The notes beneath the pieces are model-generated. The model saw only the letters and a program-made list of their open reading frames with translations, was not told the DNA's origin and did no database searches. The position numbers were made by a program, and so were the translations under genes. Of a stretch of 64,000 nucleotides of DNA, positions 38,361 to 49,613 are shown piece after piece. Within the stretch, counting starts at the first letter, position 1. Every line of letters begins with the position of its first letter. The DNA is from Alistipes sp. (lineage in GTDB: Bacteria; Bacteroidota; Bacteroidia; Bacteroidales; Rikenellaceae): NCBI GenBank assembly GCA_017379015.1, contig JAFNXN010000027.1, forward strand, positions 1,412 through 65,411. The letters run 5' to 3'.

Positions 38361-41300
38361 ATGAAGAATCGCCGTATTTTTGTTGAGAAATATCCTCAGT
38401 TCCAGGTAGAGGCTGACACGTTGCGTCGTGAGCTTAACACTAACCTTGGACTAGAGATCGAGAGCCTTCGCTATATCAATGTTTATGATCTCTTCGGCTT
38501 TAGCGATGAGCTTGTTGAGAAGAGCCGTTATAGCGTCTTTGGCGAGATAGTTACCGACCTTGTGTCTGACGAGTGTGAGATGGCGGGTTGCCCACACCTC
38601 GCTGTAGAGTATCTCCCTGGTCAGTTCGATCAACGTGCAGCATCTGCTGTTGACTGTGTGCATCTTATCGACCCTAATGCAGAGGTCAAGATTAAGTCAT
38701 CACGTCTGCTTATCTTCGACAAGGGTGTTACCCCTGAGCAGATGGCCCGCATCGAGAAGTACTATATCAACGCCGTAGAGTCGCGCAAGAAGAACCTTGA
38801 CATCCTCAGCGATATGGAGTCTGCTGAGGTTAAGCCTGTGCCACAACTCGAGGGCTTCTGCAATATGACCGAGGAGGAGCTTGCTCCATACTGCAAGGCA
38901 AATGGCTTGGCTATGAATGCTGACGATTTGCGCGAGGTTGTTCGCTACTTCCAGTCGGAGGGTCGCGACCCTATGGAGACTGAGCTTCGCATCCTTGATA
39001 CCTACTGGAGTGACCACTGTCGTCATACTACCTTCACTACCGAGATTGAGGAGATCACCCTCGATGACTCATTCATGAAGGAGGAGATGGAGCAGTCGCT
39101 CGACCTCATGCGTAAGATTCGCAAGGAGCTTGGTCGCGAGCAGAAGAGCCTTTGTCTTATGGAGCTTGCCACAATCGGTGCGCGCTACCTTAAGAAGCTT
39201 GGTAAGCTCGATGATATGGAGCAGAGCGAGGAGAACAACGCTTGTAGCATCTTCGTAAATGTTGATGTTGATGGCGAGATGCAGCGTTGGTTGCTTCAGT
39301 TTAAGAACGAGACACACAACCACCCAACAGAGATCGAGCCATTCGGCGGTGCATCTACATGTCTTGGTGGTGCTATCCGTGACCCATTGTCAGGTCGTAG
39401 CTATGTATACCAGGCTATGCGTGTAACTGGTGCTGGTGATATCTATAAGAGCGTTGATGAGACCCTCGAGGGTAAGCTTCCTCAGCGTATCATCTCAACA
39501 AAGGCTGCTGCTGGTTACTCGAGCTATGGTAACCAGATAGGTCTTGCAACAACACATGTTCGCGAGGTGTTCCACCCCGATTACGTGGCTAAACGTTTGG
39601 AGGTAGGTGCTGTGGTAGGAGCTGTGAAGGCTGATAACGTACGTCGTGAGAGCCCTGCACCAGGCGATGTGGTGCTTTTGCTCGGTGGCCGTACAGGTCG
39701 TGATGGCGTTGGCGGTGCTACTGGTTCGTCGAAGGAGCATACACTTAGCTCGTTGGAGGAGTGTAGCTCAGAGGTGCAGAAGGGTAATGCTCCAGAGGAG
39801 CGTAAGCTATCTCGTCTGTTCCGTCGTGGCGACGTGACACGTCTTATCAAGAAGTCGAACGACTTTGGTGCTGGTGGTGTGAGTGTTGCAATCGGTGAGC
39901 TTACCGATGGCCTTGATATCTACCTTGATCGTGTTCCTACTAAGTACGATGGTCTGAACTTCTCGGAGCTAGCTATCTCTGAGTCGCAGGAGCGTATGTC
40001 GGTAGTTATTGAGCGTAAGGATATGGAGCAGTTTATGGCTCTATGCCACGAGGAGAATGTAGAGGTTACTCATGTTGCTGATGTTACCGATACGCGTCGC
40101 ATGCGCATGTACTCAGCAGGTAAACTTGTTGTTGACCTCTCTCGCGAATTTATCGACTCGGCAGGTGCTAAGCACTATACTAAGATAAATATTGGTGGTG
40201 TTGATGAGTGTAATCCTTTTGAGCGTAAGATTGATGGCGTGACCACAACTAAGCGCATGAAGAATAATCTATCGGACCACAACGTGCTCTCGCAGAAGGG
40301 CCTCATTGAGATGTTCGACTCTACCATTGGTGCATCGACCGTTTTGATGCCTTATGGTGGTAAGACCCAGGCTACAGAGACTCAGGTATCGGTACAGAAG
40401 CTACCTGTTGGTGGTGGCTTTACCAACACCGCAAGTATTATGGCTTATGGCTATAACCCATTTATTGCTAAGTGGAGTCCATACCACGGTGCTGCTTATG
40501 CCGTAGTGGATGCTTGTGCTAAGGTTGTGGCAGCAGGTGCTCGCTACGATCGTATGCGCTTCTCGTATCAGGAGTACTTCGAGCGTATGACAGATGCTAC
40601 ATCGTGGGGCAAGCCTATGGCGGCTCTGCTTGGTGCTCTTAAGATGCAGGTGGAGCTTGGCCTACCATCAATCGGTGGTAAGGACTCGATGAGTGGTACT
40701 TTCCGTGATATCAACGTGCCTCCAATGCTTATGGCATTCGGTATTACCACTGTTGATGCTCGTACAGTTATTAGCCCTGAGTTTAAGTCTGCTGGTAATA
40801 AGATCTATATCATTCGCCATACGCCTAAGAGCAACTATATGCCAGATACTGATCAGTTGAAGGATAACTTTGACTTCGTATCAACAAAGATTGCTCAGGG
40901 CGACATTCTCTCAGCGTGGGCTGTGGGCTTTGGTGGTGTTGCTGAGGCTATCTCGAAGATGGCATTCGGTAATAAGATTGGTGCTGCGGTTGAGTGCGAC
41001 GAGCAGATGTTGTACAACTACTCGTACGGTTCAATCGTTGTTGAGAGCCGTCGTACGCTCAACCACCCATCAGCAGAGCTTATTGGTAATACAACAGCCG
41101 ATGAGGCTATCTTTGTTAATGGCACACGCCTTCCTTTGGAGGAGTTGCTTGAGGCTAACACTACAAAGTTCGCTACGGTATATGCCGATAAGGGCAAGCA
41201 GGGTGAGGCTACACGTGTAAGCGATGGCAAGGGCTTCGTGCGTAAGTACGAGGGTGAGAAGGTCGATAAGGTTAAGGTATATATCCCAGTATTCCCTGGT

Positions 41301-42065
41301 ACAAACTGCGACTATGACACTGCACGTGCCTTTGAGCGCGCTGGTGCTGAGGTTACAATGACCGTATTTAAGAATCTTACGGGTGAGGATGTGTTTACCT
41401 CAATTCGTGAGATGAAGGAGAATATTGCGAAGTGTCACATTATGGCACTCAGTGGTGGTTTCTCGGCTGGTGATGAGCCTGATGGTAGCGGTAAGTTCAT
41501 TGCAAACGTCCTTAATAATAAGGATGTGGCAGATGCTATTCACGCCCTGTTGGATCGTGGTGGCTTGATGTTGGGTATCTGCAATGGTTTCCAGGCACTT
41601 GTTAAGTCTGGTTTGTTGCCTTACGGTCGACTTGGAATGGTTACTAAGCAGTCGCCAACACTCTTCCGTAACGATATCAACCGTCATATTTCGCAAATTG
41701 TCTCAACACGCGTTGGTACAACAGCATCGCCTTGGCTTAGCTCGTTTGAGGTTGGCGACATTCACTCAATAGCTGTAAGTCACGGTGAGGGTAAGTTCGT
41801 TGTTAGCGATCAACTTGCGGAGGAGCTCTTCCGCAATGGTCAGGTGGCATTCCAGTATGTTGATGCTGAGAATCGTCCTACTACTGACTCGCCATATAAC
41901 CCTAACGGCTCGAGCTTCGCTATCGAGGGTATCATCGATCCATCGGGACAGATACTCGGTAAGATGGGACATACCGAGCGTTATGAGCGTGACTTGATGA
42001 AGAATATCCATGGCGAGAAGGTTCAGGATATCTTTGCAAATGCTGTAAACTACTTCCTTAATTAA
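38361..42065 (+). CDS. purL: Phosphoribosylformylglycinamidine synthase, single chain with intact glutaminase domain
   Basis: DTYWSDHCRH, KNETHNHPTEIEPFGGA, SESQERM, LGICNGFQ and GKMGHTER. Confidence 0.96.
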   Translation: MKNRRIFVEKYPQFQVEADTLRRELNTNLGLEIESLRYINVYDLFGFSDELVEKSRYSVFGEIVTDLVSDECEMAGCPHLAVEYLPGQFDQRAASAVDCVHLIDPNAEVKIKSSRLLIFDKGVTPEQMARIEKYYINAVESRKKNLDILSDMESAEVKPVPQLEGFCNMTEEELAPYCKANGLAMNADDLREVVRYFQSEGRDPMETELRILDTYWSDHCRHTTFTTEIEEITLDDSFMKEEMEQSLDLMRKIRKELGREQKSLCLMELATIGARYLKKLGKLDDMEQSEENNACSIFVNVDVDGEMQRWLLQFKNETHNHPTEIEPFGGASTCLGGAIRDPLSGRSYVYQAMRVTGAGDIYKSVDETLEGKLPQRIISTKAAAGYSSYGNQIGLATTHVREVFHPDYVAKRLEVGAVVGAVKADNVRRESPAPGDVVLLLGGRTGRDGVGGATGSSKEHTLSSLEECSSEVQKGNAPEERKLSRLFRRGDVTRLIKKSNDFGAGGVSVAIGELTDGLDIYLDRVPTKYDGLNFSELAISESQERMSVVIERKDMEQFMALCHEENVEVTHVADVTDTRRMRMYSAGKLVVDLSREFIDSAGAKHYTKINIGGVDECNPFERKIDGVTTTKRMKNNLSDHNVLSQKGLIEMFDSTIGASTVLMPYGGKTQATETQVSVQKLPVGGGFTNTASIMAYGYNPFIAKWSPYHGAAYAVVDACAKVVAAGARYDRMRFSYQEYFERMTDATSWGKPMAALLGALKMQVELGLPSIGGKDSMSGTFRDINVPPMLMAFGITTVDARTVISPEFKSAGNKIYIIRHTPKSNYMPDTDQLKDNFDFVSTKIAQGDILSAWAVGFGGVAEAISKMAFGNKIGAAVECDEQMLYNYSYGSIVVESRRTLNHPSAELIGNTTADEAIFVNGTRLPLEELLEANTTKFATVYADKGKQGEATRVSDGKGFVRKYEGEKVDKVKVYIPVFPGTNCDYDTARAFERAGAEVTMTVFKNLTGEDVFTSIREMKENIAKCHIMALSGGFSAGDEPDGSGKFIANVLNNKDVADAIHALLDRGGLMLGICNGFQALVKSGLLPYGRLGMVTKQSPTLFRNDINRHISQIVSTRVGTTASPWLSSFEVGDIHSIAVSHGEGKFVVSDQLAEELFRNGQVAFQYVDAENRPTTDSPYNPNGSSFAIEGIIDPSGQILGKMGHTERYERDLMKNIHGEKVQDIFANAVNYFLN

Positions 42066-42073
42066 TAATAGGT

Positions 42074-42790
42074 ATGAGAGAGCTAGAACTCATATATGAG
42101 GGAAAGAGCAAGCTGATATATTCAACAGATAGTAACGACCGTGTCGTCATCCGCTTTAAGGATGACGCTACGGCGTTCTATAATATCAAGCGAGCTAAGA
42201 TTGAGAATAAGGGTAAGATGTGTTGTGCAATATCATCGATGTTGCTTAGCTACCTAAATAAAAATGGTGTTAATACACACTTTGTTGAGCAGGTTGATGC
42301 TGAGAGCCAGCTGTGTCGCGTTGTTGAGCATATCCCTATTGAGGTGATTGTGCGTAACGTCATCGCAGGCTCAATGGCTAAGAGGTTAGGTATCAATGAG
42401 GGTATTGTCCCAGAGAATACTATTTTTGACCTCTGCTTGCGTAGTGCGGACCTTGGTGATCCGCTTGTTAATGATCACCATGTTGTAGCTCTTGGCTTAG
42501 CATCGTATGAGGATCTTCAGACCATATACGAAATATCAGCAAAGGCAAACTCGCTTCTTGTTGACCTATTTAATAAGGCGGGCATTCAGCTTGTCGACTT
42601 CAAGATTGAGTTCGGTCGCGCTGAAGATGGAACGCTCGTCTTGGCTGATGAACTTACTCCAGACACCTGTCGTTTGTGGGATATCGATTCGGGAGAGCGT
42701 ATGGACAAGGATCGTTTTCGTCGTGACTTGGGTCGAGTTCGAGAGACATACGAAGAGGTGGCTAAGCGTCTTAGCAATGTACTTAAATAG
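42074..42790 (+). CDS. purC: SAICAR synthetase (short type)
   Basis: YEGKSK, FKDDATAF, EVIVRN, DFKIEFG, DELTPDTCRLWD and DKDRFR. Confidence 0.95.
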   Translation: MRELELIYEGKSKLIYSTDSNDRVVIRFKDDATAFYNIKRAKIENKGKMCCAISSMLLSYLNKNGVNTHFVEQVDAESQLCRVVEHIPIEVIVRNVIAGSMAKRLGINEGIVPENTIFDLCLRSADLGDPLVNDHHVVALGLASYEDLQTIYEISAKANSLLVDLFNKAGIQLVDFKIEFGRAEDGTLVLADELTPDTCRLWDIDSGERMDKDRFRRDLGRVRETYEEVAKRLSNVLK

Positions 42791-42798
42791 ACTAAACT

Positions 42799-44202
42799 AT
42801 GCTTAAAGATTCATTGGATATATACGGCGATGACCTTCACGAGGAGTGTGGTGTCTTCGGTATTTTTGGTGTTGACGATGCCCCTAATCTTGCCTACTAT
42901 GGTCTGCATGCCCTGCAACATCGTGGTCAGGAGGCTTGTGGTATCTCGGCATTCGATGGCGACAAGCTAAATACAGTTAAGGGTGAGGGCTTGGTAACTG
43001 AGGTATTTAACCAGCAGAAACTCTCGAAGCTCAAAGGTCGCATTGCAATAGGCCATGTGCGATACTCAACAACGGGTGGCGGTGGCGCGAACAACGTTCA
43101 GCCATTCTCGTTTAACCACCATACGGGCGACTTCGCCTTAGCACATAATGGTAATCTGGTCAACTCTCGTGAGTTGGCAGAGTATCTTGAGGTGCGTGGT
43201 AGCTTGTTCCACTCATCATCTGATAGTGAGCTGTTGGCCCACCTCATCAAGAAGGATAATAGCGAGAAGAATCGTATTGATAATATCATCGAGGCTCTCA
43301 ACATGCTTGAGGGAGCTTTTGCCTTCCTTATCATGACAAAGAATCGTATCTATGCTTGTCGTGATAAGCATGGTCTGCGTCCTCTGTCTATTGGTAAACT
43401 CGGTGATGGCTATGTGGTTAGCTCAGAGACCTGTGCGCTTGATATTGTCGGAGCAGAGTATATTCGAGATATCGAGCCAGGCGAGGTTGTTACAATCGAT
43501 CACCACGGTATTCGCTCTAATTACTACTCGCGCTATCAGCGTCACTTGATGTGTGCAATGGAGTATATCTACTTTGCGCGCCCTGATAGTGATATTGAGG
43601 GTTGCAACGTTCACACCTTCCGTAAGCTTTCGGGTCGCTATCTCTATGAGCAGTGTCCAACAAAGGCTGACGTGGTTATCGGTGTGCCTGATTCTAGTAT
43701 CAGTGCCGCTATTGGCTATTCGGAGGCTAGTGGCATACCTTATGAGATGGGTCTTATCAAGAATAAGTATATTGCGCGTACATTCATCCAGCCTTCGCAG
43801 GAGATGCGAGAGAAGGGTGTTCGCATGAAGCTATCTGCCGTGCGCTCGTTGGTTAAAGATAAGTCTGTGGTGCTTATCGACGATAGTATCGTGCGAGGCA
43901 CTACCTCGTTGCGTATAGTGCGACTACTTAAGGAGGCTGGTGCTCGTGAGGTGCATGTGCGTATTGCTAGCCCAGCGATCACGAACCCTTGTTTCTATGG
44001 TATCGATATGTCGACACGCAAGGAGCTACTCTCGGCACGTATGTCGAAAGATGAGGCATGTAAGGCTATCGAGGCAGACTCGTTGGAGTTCCTTTCGGAG
44101 GAGTCGTTGCTTAAGTCGGGTAATCGCTCGGAGTTGTGTATGGCATGCTTCAACGGATGTTATCCAACATCGTTGTATCAAAATAGAGTTGATGATAAAT
44201 AA
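42799..44202 (+). CDS. purF: Amidophosphoribosyltransferase (propeptide and Fe-S type)
   Basis: [30 protein letters not shown] and CMAC. Confidence 0.96.
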   Translation: MLKDSLDIYGDDLHEECGVFGIFGVDDAPNLAYYGLHALQHRGQEACGISAFDGDKLNTVKGEGLVTEVFNQQKLSKLKGRIAIGHVRYSTTGGGGANNVQPFSFNHHTGDFALAHNGNLVNSRELAEYLEVRGSLFHSSSDSELLAHLIKKDNSEKNRIDNIIEALNMLEGAFAFLIMTKNRIYACRDKHGLRPLSIGKLGDGYVVSSETCALDIVGAEYIRDIEPGEVVTIDHHGIRSNYYSRYQRHLMCAMEYIYFARPDSDIEGCNVHTFRKLSGRYLYEQCPTKADVVIGVPDSSISAAIGYSEASGIPYEMGLIKNKYIARTFIQPSQEMREKGVRMKLSAVRSLVKDKSVVLIDDSIVRGTTSLRIVRLLKEAGAREVHVRIASPAITNPCFYGIDMSTRKELLSARMSKDEACKAIEADSLEFLSEESLLKSGNRSELCMACFNGCYPTSLYQNRVDDK

Positions 44203-44219
44203 TTAAAATATATATAAGT

Positions 44220-45248
44220 ATGGCAAAAAGTTACGAAGCAGCCGGCGTTAATCTCGAGGCTGGTTACGAAGTTGTTCGACGCATTAAGTCACATGTTGCC
44301 TCGACAAAGCGTCGTGGCTCAATGGGAAACATTGGCGCATTTGGCGGCATGTTCAATCTTGCAGAACTTAATATCAAGGAGCCTGTATTGGTTAGTGGTA
44401 CTGATGGCGTAGGTACTAAGCTTAAGCTCGCATTTGAGATGGATAAGCACGATACTATTGGTATTGATGCTGTGGCAATGTGTGTGAACGATGTGTTGGC
44501 ACAGGGTGCTGAGCCTCTAGTATTCTTGGACTATGTTGCCGTTGGTCATAACGAGCCAGCTAAGGTCGAGGCCATCGTTGCTGGTGTTGCTGAGGGTTGC
44601 CGTCAGGCTGGTTGCGCATTGGTTGGTGGTGAGACCGCTGAGATGCCAGGCATGTATCAGGATGGCGAGTACGACATTGCTGGCTTCACCGTAGGTGTTG
44701 TTGAGCGTTCAAAGCTTATCGATGCTGGCGAGCGTGTTCAGGTGGGTGATGTCCTTGTGGGTATTGCCTCAAGCGGTGTTCACTCTAATGGCTTTAGCCT
44801 TGTACGTAAGGTCGTTAGCGACAATAACCTCAAGCTCTCTGAGACATATCCTGAGATACCTGGTCGTACCCTTGGCGAGGCACTTTTGGAGCCTACACGC
44901 ATCTATGTTAAGCAGGTGCTTAAGGTTATTGCTGAGTGTGACGTGCATGGTATCAGCCACATCACTGGTGGTGGCTTCGATGAGAACATTCCTCGAATTT
45001 TGAAGGATTGCCAGGGCGTCGAGGTTAAGGAGGGTAGCTGGGAGATTTTGCCAGTATTCCGCCTCTTGGAGAAGTATGGTAAGGTGAGCCACCGTGAGAT
45101 GTTCAACATCTTCAATATGGGTATCGGTATGGTTATCGCACTTCCTGAGGGTGATGCTCAGAAGGCTATCTCTATTCTTGAGTCGTGTGGTGAGCGTGCA
45201 TCTGTGATAGGTCGCGTGATTGAGGGTGAGGGTGTTACAATCATCTAA
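44220..45248 (+). CDS. purM: AIR synthetase
   Basis: [35 protein letters not shown] and FNMGIG. Confidence 0.96.
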   Translation: MAKSYEAAGVNLEAGYEVVRRIKSHVASTKRRGSMGNIGAFGGMFNLAELNIKEPVLVSGTDGVGTKLKLAFEMDKHDTIGIDAVAMCVNDVLAQGAEPLVFLDYVAVGHNEPAKVEAIVAGVAEGCRQAGCALVGGETAEMPGMYQDGEYDIAGFTVGVVERSKLIDAGERVQVGDVLVGIASSGVHSNGFSLVRKVVSDNNLKLSETYPEIPGRTLGEALLEPTRIYVKQVLKVIAECDVHGISHITGGGFDENIPRILKDCQGVEVKEGSWEILPVFRLLEKYGKVSHREMFNIFNMGIGMVIALPEGDAQKAISILESCGERASVIGRVIEGEGVTII

Positions 45249-45266
45249 TATCTACTTTTTAGAGCT

Positions 45267-45842
45267 ATGAAAAAGGTTCGTTTGGCTGTATTTGCAAGTG
45301 GCAGTGGTAGTAACTACGAAGCAATTGCTCAGGCTTGTTCTGATGGCCGTCTTGATGCGGAGATTGTTCTGCTAGTGTGTGATAAGCCTGGGGCAAAGGT
45401 CTTGGAGCGTGCTAAACGCTTTGGTACGGAGAGTTTTGCTTTCTCTCCAAAAGATTACGAATCGAAGGCTGCGTACGAGACTCTCTTGGTACACATGCTC
45501 GAGGAGCGCAAGGTTGATTATATCTGTCTTGCGGGATATATGCGCATAGTTGGTTCTGTGCTCCTTAATAGCTTCGAGCAGCGTATTGTAAATATTCATC
45601 CCTCGTTGCTGCCATCGTTTAAGGGGGCGCATGCCATTCAGGATGCTGTGGACTATGGTGTTAAGATATTTGGCGTTACGACCCACTTTGTCGATGAGAC
45701 ATTGGATGGAGGTCGTATAATCGATCAGGGTGCTATTGTCTACGAGGGTAATGATATCGAGGAGCTTACCAACCTTATTCATAAGATAGAGCATAACCTC
45801 TATGTTAAAACTATTAACAAACTGATTAATAAGAAATTTTAA
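45267..45842 (+). CDS. purN: Phosphoribosylglycinamide formyltransferase
   Basis: FASGSGSN, LAGYMRI, NIHPSLLP and HFVDETLDGG. Confidence 0.95.
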   Translation: MKKVRLAVFASGSGSNYEAIAQACSDGRLDAEIVLLVCDKPGAKVLERAKRFGTESFAFSPKDYESKAAYETLLVHMLEERKVDYICLAGYMRIVGSVLLNSFEQRIVNIHPSLLPSFKGAHAIQDAVDYGVKIFGVTTHFVDETLDGGRIIDQGAIVYEGNDIEELTNLIHKIEHNLYVKTINKLINKKF

Positions 45843-45845
45843 GAT

Positions 45846-47375
45846 ATGCGAGCATTAGTTAGCGTTAGCGATAAGTGTGGCGTTGTTGAGTTTTGCCAGA
45901 ACCTCACACGTCTTGGCTGGGAGATTATTGCCACTGGAGGTACTCAGAAGCTCCTCGAGGATAGTGGCGTTAAGACCATTGGTATTAGCGAGGTTACAGG
46001 ATTTCCTGAGATCTGCGATGGCCGTGTAAAGACTCTTCATCCAAAGGTTCATGGTGGCCTCTTGGCACGTCGTGACGACGAGAGCCATCTTAAGGCACTC
46101 AAGGATAACTCTATCGAGTTTATCGATATGGTATGTGTAAACCTTTACCCATTCCGCCAGACTATCGCCAAGCCTGATGTTAAGATGGAGGATGCAATCG
46201 AGAATATCGACATCGGTGGCCCTTCGATGTTGCGCTCTGCGGCTAAGAACTATCGTGACGTTACTGTGGTGTGCGATCCATCGGATTACTCGCGTATCAT
46301 AGCTGAGATTGAGCAGGATGGCAATACAACTCTCAAGACTCGTCTTGAGCTATCGGCTAAGGCATATACCCACACTGCTGAGTACGATATGTGCATCGCT
46401 ACATATATGCGTAAGGCAGCAGAGCTTAACGAGAAGCTCTTCGCATCATTCGACCTCAAGCAGTCGTTGCGCTATGGCGAGAACCCTCACCAGGATGCTA
46501 AGTTCTATGCCGCTGCTGAGGCTGTACCATTCTCATTGGCTACGGCTAAGCAGCTAAATGGCAAGGAGATGTCGTATAACAACATTCAAGATGCTAATGC
46601 TGCGCTCAACATCGTGCGTGAGTTCAAAGAGCCATTTGCCGTTGGTCTTAAACACATGAACCCTTGTGGTGCAGCTATTGGTAGTGACATCAAGGAGGCA
46701 TGGCAGAAGGCGTACGAGGCAGATACAGTTAGTATCTTTGGCGGTATCGTAGCAGTGAACCGTGAGATTACGCGAGAGGTAGCAGAGCTTATGAAGCCTA
46801 TATTCCTTGAGATCATCATGGCACCTTCATTCTCAGAGGAGGCCCTTGAGGTTCTATGCACAAAGAAGAACTTGCGCCTCTTGCAGGTGGATATGGGCGA
46901 GTGCTCAGCACCTCAGACCCAGTATGTCTCAGTAAATGGTGGCTTGCTTGTTCAGCAGCTCGACACTGAGACTAAGGAGGTTGTTGCCGATATGTGCGCT
47001 ACCGAGCGTAAGCCTTCGGCAGCTGAGCTCGAGGATATGAACTTCGGCTGGCGCATAGTTAAGCATGTTAAGTCGAACGCCATCGTTGCTGTAAAGGATG
47101 GTCATACCGTAGGTGTTGGTGCTGGTCAGATGAATCGTGTAGGCTCTGCCGAGATCGCCCTTAAGCAGGCTCAGGCAGCTGGCTTCACCTCTGGTCTTGT
47201 ACTAGCTTCCGACGGCTTCTTCCCATTTGATGATACCGTGACACTTGCCGAGCAGTATGGTGTTACTGCACTTGTGCAGCCAGGAGGCTCAGTACGTGAT
47301 GAGGACTCGGTGAAGAAGGCTAACGAGTTTGGTATGACGATGTTGATGACTGGTATGCGTCACTTTAAGCATTAG
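45846..47375 (+). CDS. purH: Bifunctional AICAR transformylase/IMP cyclohydrolase
   Basis: RALVSVSDK, GRVKTLHP, RYGENPHQ, KHMNPCG, ASDGFFPF and GMRHFKH. Confidence 0.96.
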   Translation: MRALVSVSDKCGVVEFCQNLTRLGWEIIATGGTQKLLEDSGVKTIGISEVTGFPEICDGRVKTLHPKVHGGLLARRDDESHLKALKDNSIEFIDMVCVNLYPFRQTIAKPDVKMEDAIENIDIGGPSMLRSAAKNYRDVTVVCDPSDYSRIIAEIEQDGNTTLKTRLELSAKAYTHTAEYDMCIATYMRKAAELNEKLFASFDLKQSLRYGENPHQDAKFYAAAEAVPFSLATAKQLNGKEMSYNNIQDANAALNIVREFKEPFAVGLKHMNPCGAAIGSDIKEAWQKAYEADTVSIFGGIVAVNREITREVAELMKPIFLEIIMAPSFSEEALEVLCTKKNLRLLQVDMGECSAPQTQYVSVNGGLLVQQLDTETKEVVADMCATERKPSAAELEDMNFGWRIVKHVKSNAIVAVKDGHTVGVGAGQMNRVGSAEIALKQAQAAGFTSGLVLASDGFFPFDDTVTLAEQYGVTALVQPGGSVRDEDSVKKANEFGMTMLMTGMRHFKH

Positions 47376-47380
47376 AATAG

Positions 47381-47455
47381 AGTGAATTTAGGGAATTTAG
47401 TGAGTTTAGTCTATCCCTAATCTCCCTAAATTCATTAACTTCCTTAAACCCCTTA
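47381..47455. repeat. Inverted arrays of degenerate 9-nt repeats
   Basis: gtgaattta/gggaattta/gtgagttta followed by ccctaatct/ccctaaatt/cattaactt/ccttaaacc. Confidence 0.7.
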
Positions 47456-47468
47456 TAATTTTTAAGTT

Positions 47469-48719
47469 ATGAATGTTTTAGTTATAGGCTCTGGTGGCCG
47501 TGAGCACGCTATTGTTGAGGCGTTGAAGCGTTCACCTAAGGCCACAAAGATATATGTTGCGCCAGGCAATGCTGGTATTGCGCAATTGGCTGAGTGTGTA
47601 GCCATCAAGGATACCGACGTAGAGGCCCTCGTGGAGTTTGCTAAGGCAAATGAGATTGAACTCACCGTGGTAGGTCCTGAGGCATCATTGGCTGTAGGTA
47701 TTGTTGATCGTTTCCGCGAGGAGGGTCTTGCTATATTTGGCCCTACTAAGGCAGCGACAGAGATTGAGTCGAGCAAGGATTTTGCTAAGCGTCTTATGGT
47801 TAAGTATGACGTGCCAACGGCAGCCTATGCGACATTCTCAGACTATGACGAGGCATTGGCATACGTGCGCAGTGGCTCGCTACCTACGGTGCTTAAGTAT
47901 GATGGCTTGGCAGCAGGCAAGGGTGTGGTGATAGCAACAACAATGGAGGAGGCAGAGGCTACTCTACGTGATATGTTGCTTGATACACGTTTTGGCAAGG
48001 GTAGAGTAGTTATCGAGGAGTTCCTCACTGGAGAGGAGTTCTCGCTGATGTGTTTTGTGTCGGGAAATAAGATATGCCCTATGCCAGTAGCACAGGATCA
48101 TAAGCGCGCTTATGACAACGACGAAGGACCAAATACTGGAGGTATGGGTGCCTACACCGAGCTTCCATTTATCACTGCCGAGGATCATGACTATGCTATG
48201 CGCAATATTATGCAGCGTGTTGCAGACGCAATGGTTGCTGAGGGTACTCCATTCACGGGTGTTCTCTATGGTGGCTTGATGAAGACTCCTAATGGCATTA
48301 AGGTGATTGAGTTTAACGCTCGATTTGGTGATCCTGAGACAGAGGTTGTTTTGCCACGTCTTAAGAGCGATGCTGTTGATCTGTTTATGGCTGTAGCTCG
48401 TGGCGAGGAGCCTAAGGCAGAGTGGAACGATAGAGCGACACTTGGTATTGTACTTGCATCTAAGGGTTATCCCGGAAGTTACGATAAGGGTGCTGTGATT
48501 CGTGGTACGGAGCGTGTAGAGTCAAAGATATATCACATGGGTACTGCTATGAAAGATGGTGAGCTGGTGACAGCTGGTGGCCGTGTGATGATTGTGGTAT
48601 CTGAGGCAGCTACACTTGCTGAGGCACTTGAGAAGGCTTGTGCCGATGTTGAGAAAATTGAGTGCGACAACCTATTCCATCGTACGGATATAGGTGCTAA
48701 GGCATTCAAGAAGTGTTAA
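47469..48719 (+). CDS. purD: Phosphoribosylamine--glycine ligase
   Basis: GSGGREHA, DGLAAGKGV, QDHKR, GPNTGGMGAY and EFNARFGDPE. Confidence 0.96.
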   Translation: MNVLVIGSGGREHAIVEALKRSPKATKIYVAPGNAGIAQLAECVAIKDTDVEALVEFAKANEIELTVVGPEASLAVGIVDRFREEGLAIFGPTKAATEIESSKDFAKRLMVKYDVPTAAYATFSDYDEALAYVRSGSLPTVLKYDGLAAGKGVVIATTMEEAEATLRDMLLDTRFGKGRVVIEEFLTGEEFSLMCFVSGNKICPMPVAQDHKRAYDNDEGPNTGGMGAYTELPFITAEDHDYAMRNIMQRVADAMVAEGTPFTGVLYGGLMKTPNGIKVIEFNARFGDPETEVVLPRLKSDAVDLFMAVARGEEPKAEWNDRATLGIVLASKGYPGSYDKGAVIRGTERVESKIYHMGTAMKDGELVTAGGRVMIVVSEAATLAEALEKACADVEKIECDNLFHRTDIGAKAFKKC

Positions 48720-48735
48720 TTTAAACTTGTACAAA

Positions 48736-49590
48736 ATGATTATAAAAGGAAAAGAACTATCTGTATCAATAAAGGATGCGCTAAAGGTTCGTGTCTCTGT
48801 GCTGAATGATCAGTATGGACGTACTCCTAACCTTGTCGTCATCCTTGTTGGTGATGATCCTGGTAGTGTATCTTATGTAACGGGTAAGGCTAAGGCGGCA
48901 ACAGAGGTTGGTATTCGTAATACAACCATACGTCGTGAGGCGACAATAACAGAGTCGGAGCTACTAGAGCTTGTTGATGAGCTTAATAACGATGACGATG
49001 TTGATGGCATTCTCGTGCAGTTGCCACTACCTAAGCATATTGATGAGAATAAGGTTATTGCAGCTATATCGCCTGAGAAGGATGTCGATGCTTTCCATCC
49101 GATGAATGTTGCTAAGCTATGGCTCAAGCAACCATGTATCTTGCCATGTACTCCTAAGGGCATTATCAAGCTATTGCACTTCGCTGGTGTTGATATTGCT
49201 GGTAAGGAGGCGGTAGTTATTGGCCGTAGTAATATTGTGGGTCAGCCTGTGGCAAAGCTGCTTCTCGATGCTAATGCTACTGTAACCGTGGCACACTCAA
49301 AGACTAAGAATCTTGCTGAGGTGGCTCGCCGTGCCGATATTTTGGTTGTGGCTGTTGGTCGTGAGCGTTTTGTTACCGCAGATATGATCAAGCCAGGTGC
49401 TGTGGTTATCGACGTTGGTGTGAACCGCGATAGTCGCAATGGCAAGCTATGTGGCGATGTAGACTTCGAGGAGGCTCAGAATGTAGCAGCTGCCATAACT
49501 CCTGTGCCTGGCGGTGTAGGTCCAATGACCATCACCTGTTTGATGGAGAATACCGTAGAGGTCTTTGTAAATAGAATGAATAAGAAATAA
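48736..49590 (+). CDS. folD: Methylenetetrahydrofolate dehydrogenase/cyclohydrolase
   Basis: Start reassigned to MIIKGK. GILVQLPLP, KDVD, GRSNIVG and TPVPGGVGPMT. Confidence 0.95.
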   Translation: MIIKGKELSVSIKDALKVRVSVLNDQYGRTPNLVVILVGDDPGSVSYVTGKAKAATEVGIRNTTIRREATITESELLELVDELNNDDDVDGILVQLPLPKHIDENKVIAAISPEKDVDAFHPMNVAKLWLKQPCILPCTPKGIIKLLHFAGVDIAGKEAVVIGRSNIVGQPVAKLLLDANATVTVAHSKTKNLAEVARRADILVVAVGRERFVTADMIKPGAVVIDVGVNRDSRNGKLCGDVDFEEAQNVAAAITPVPGGVGPMTITCLMENTVEVFVNRMNKK

Positions 49591-49613
49591 TTATTAAATA
49601 ACTAACCTGCCTT

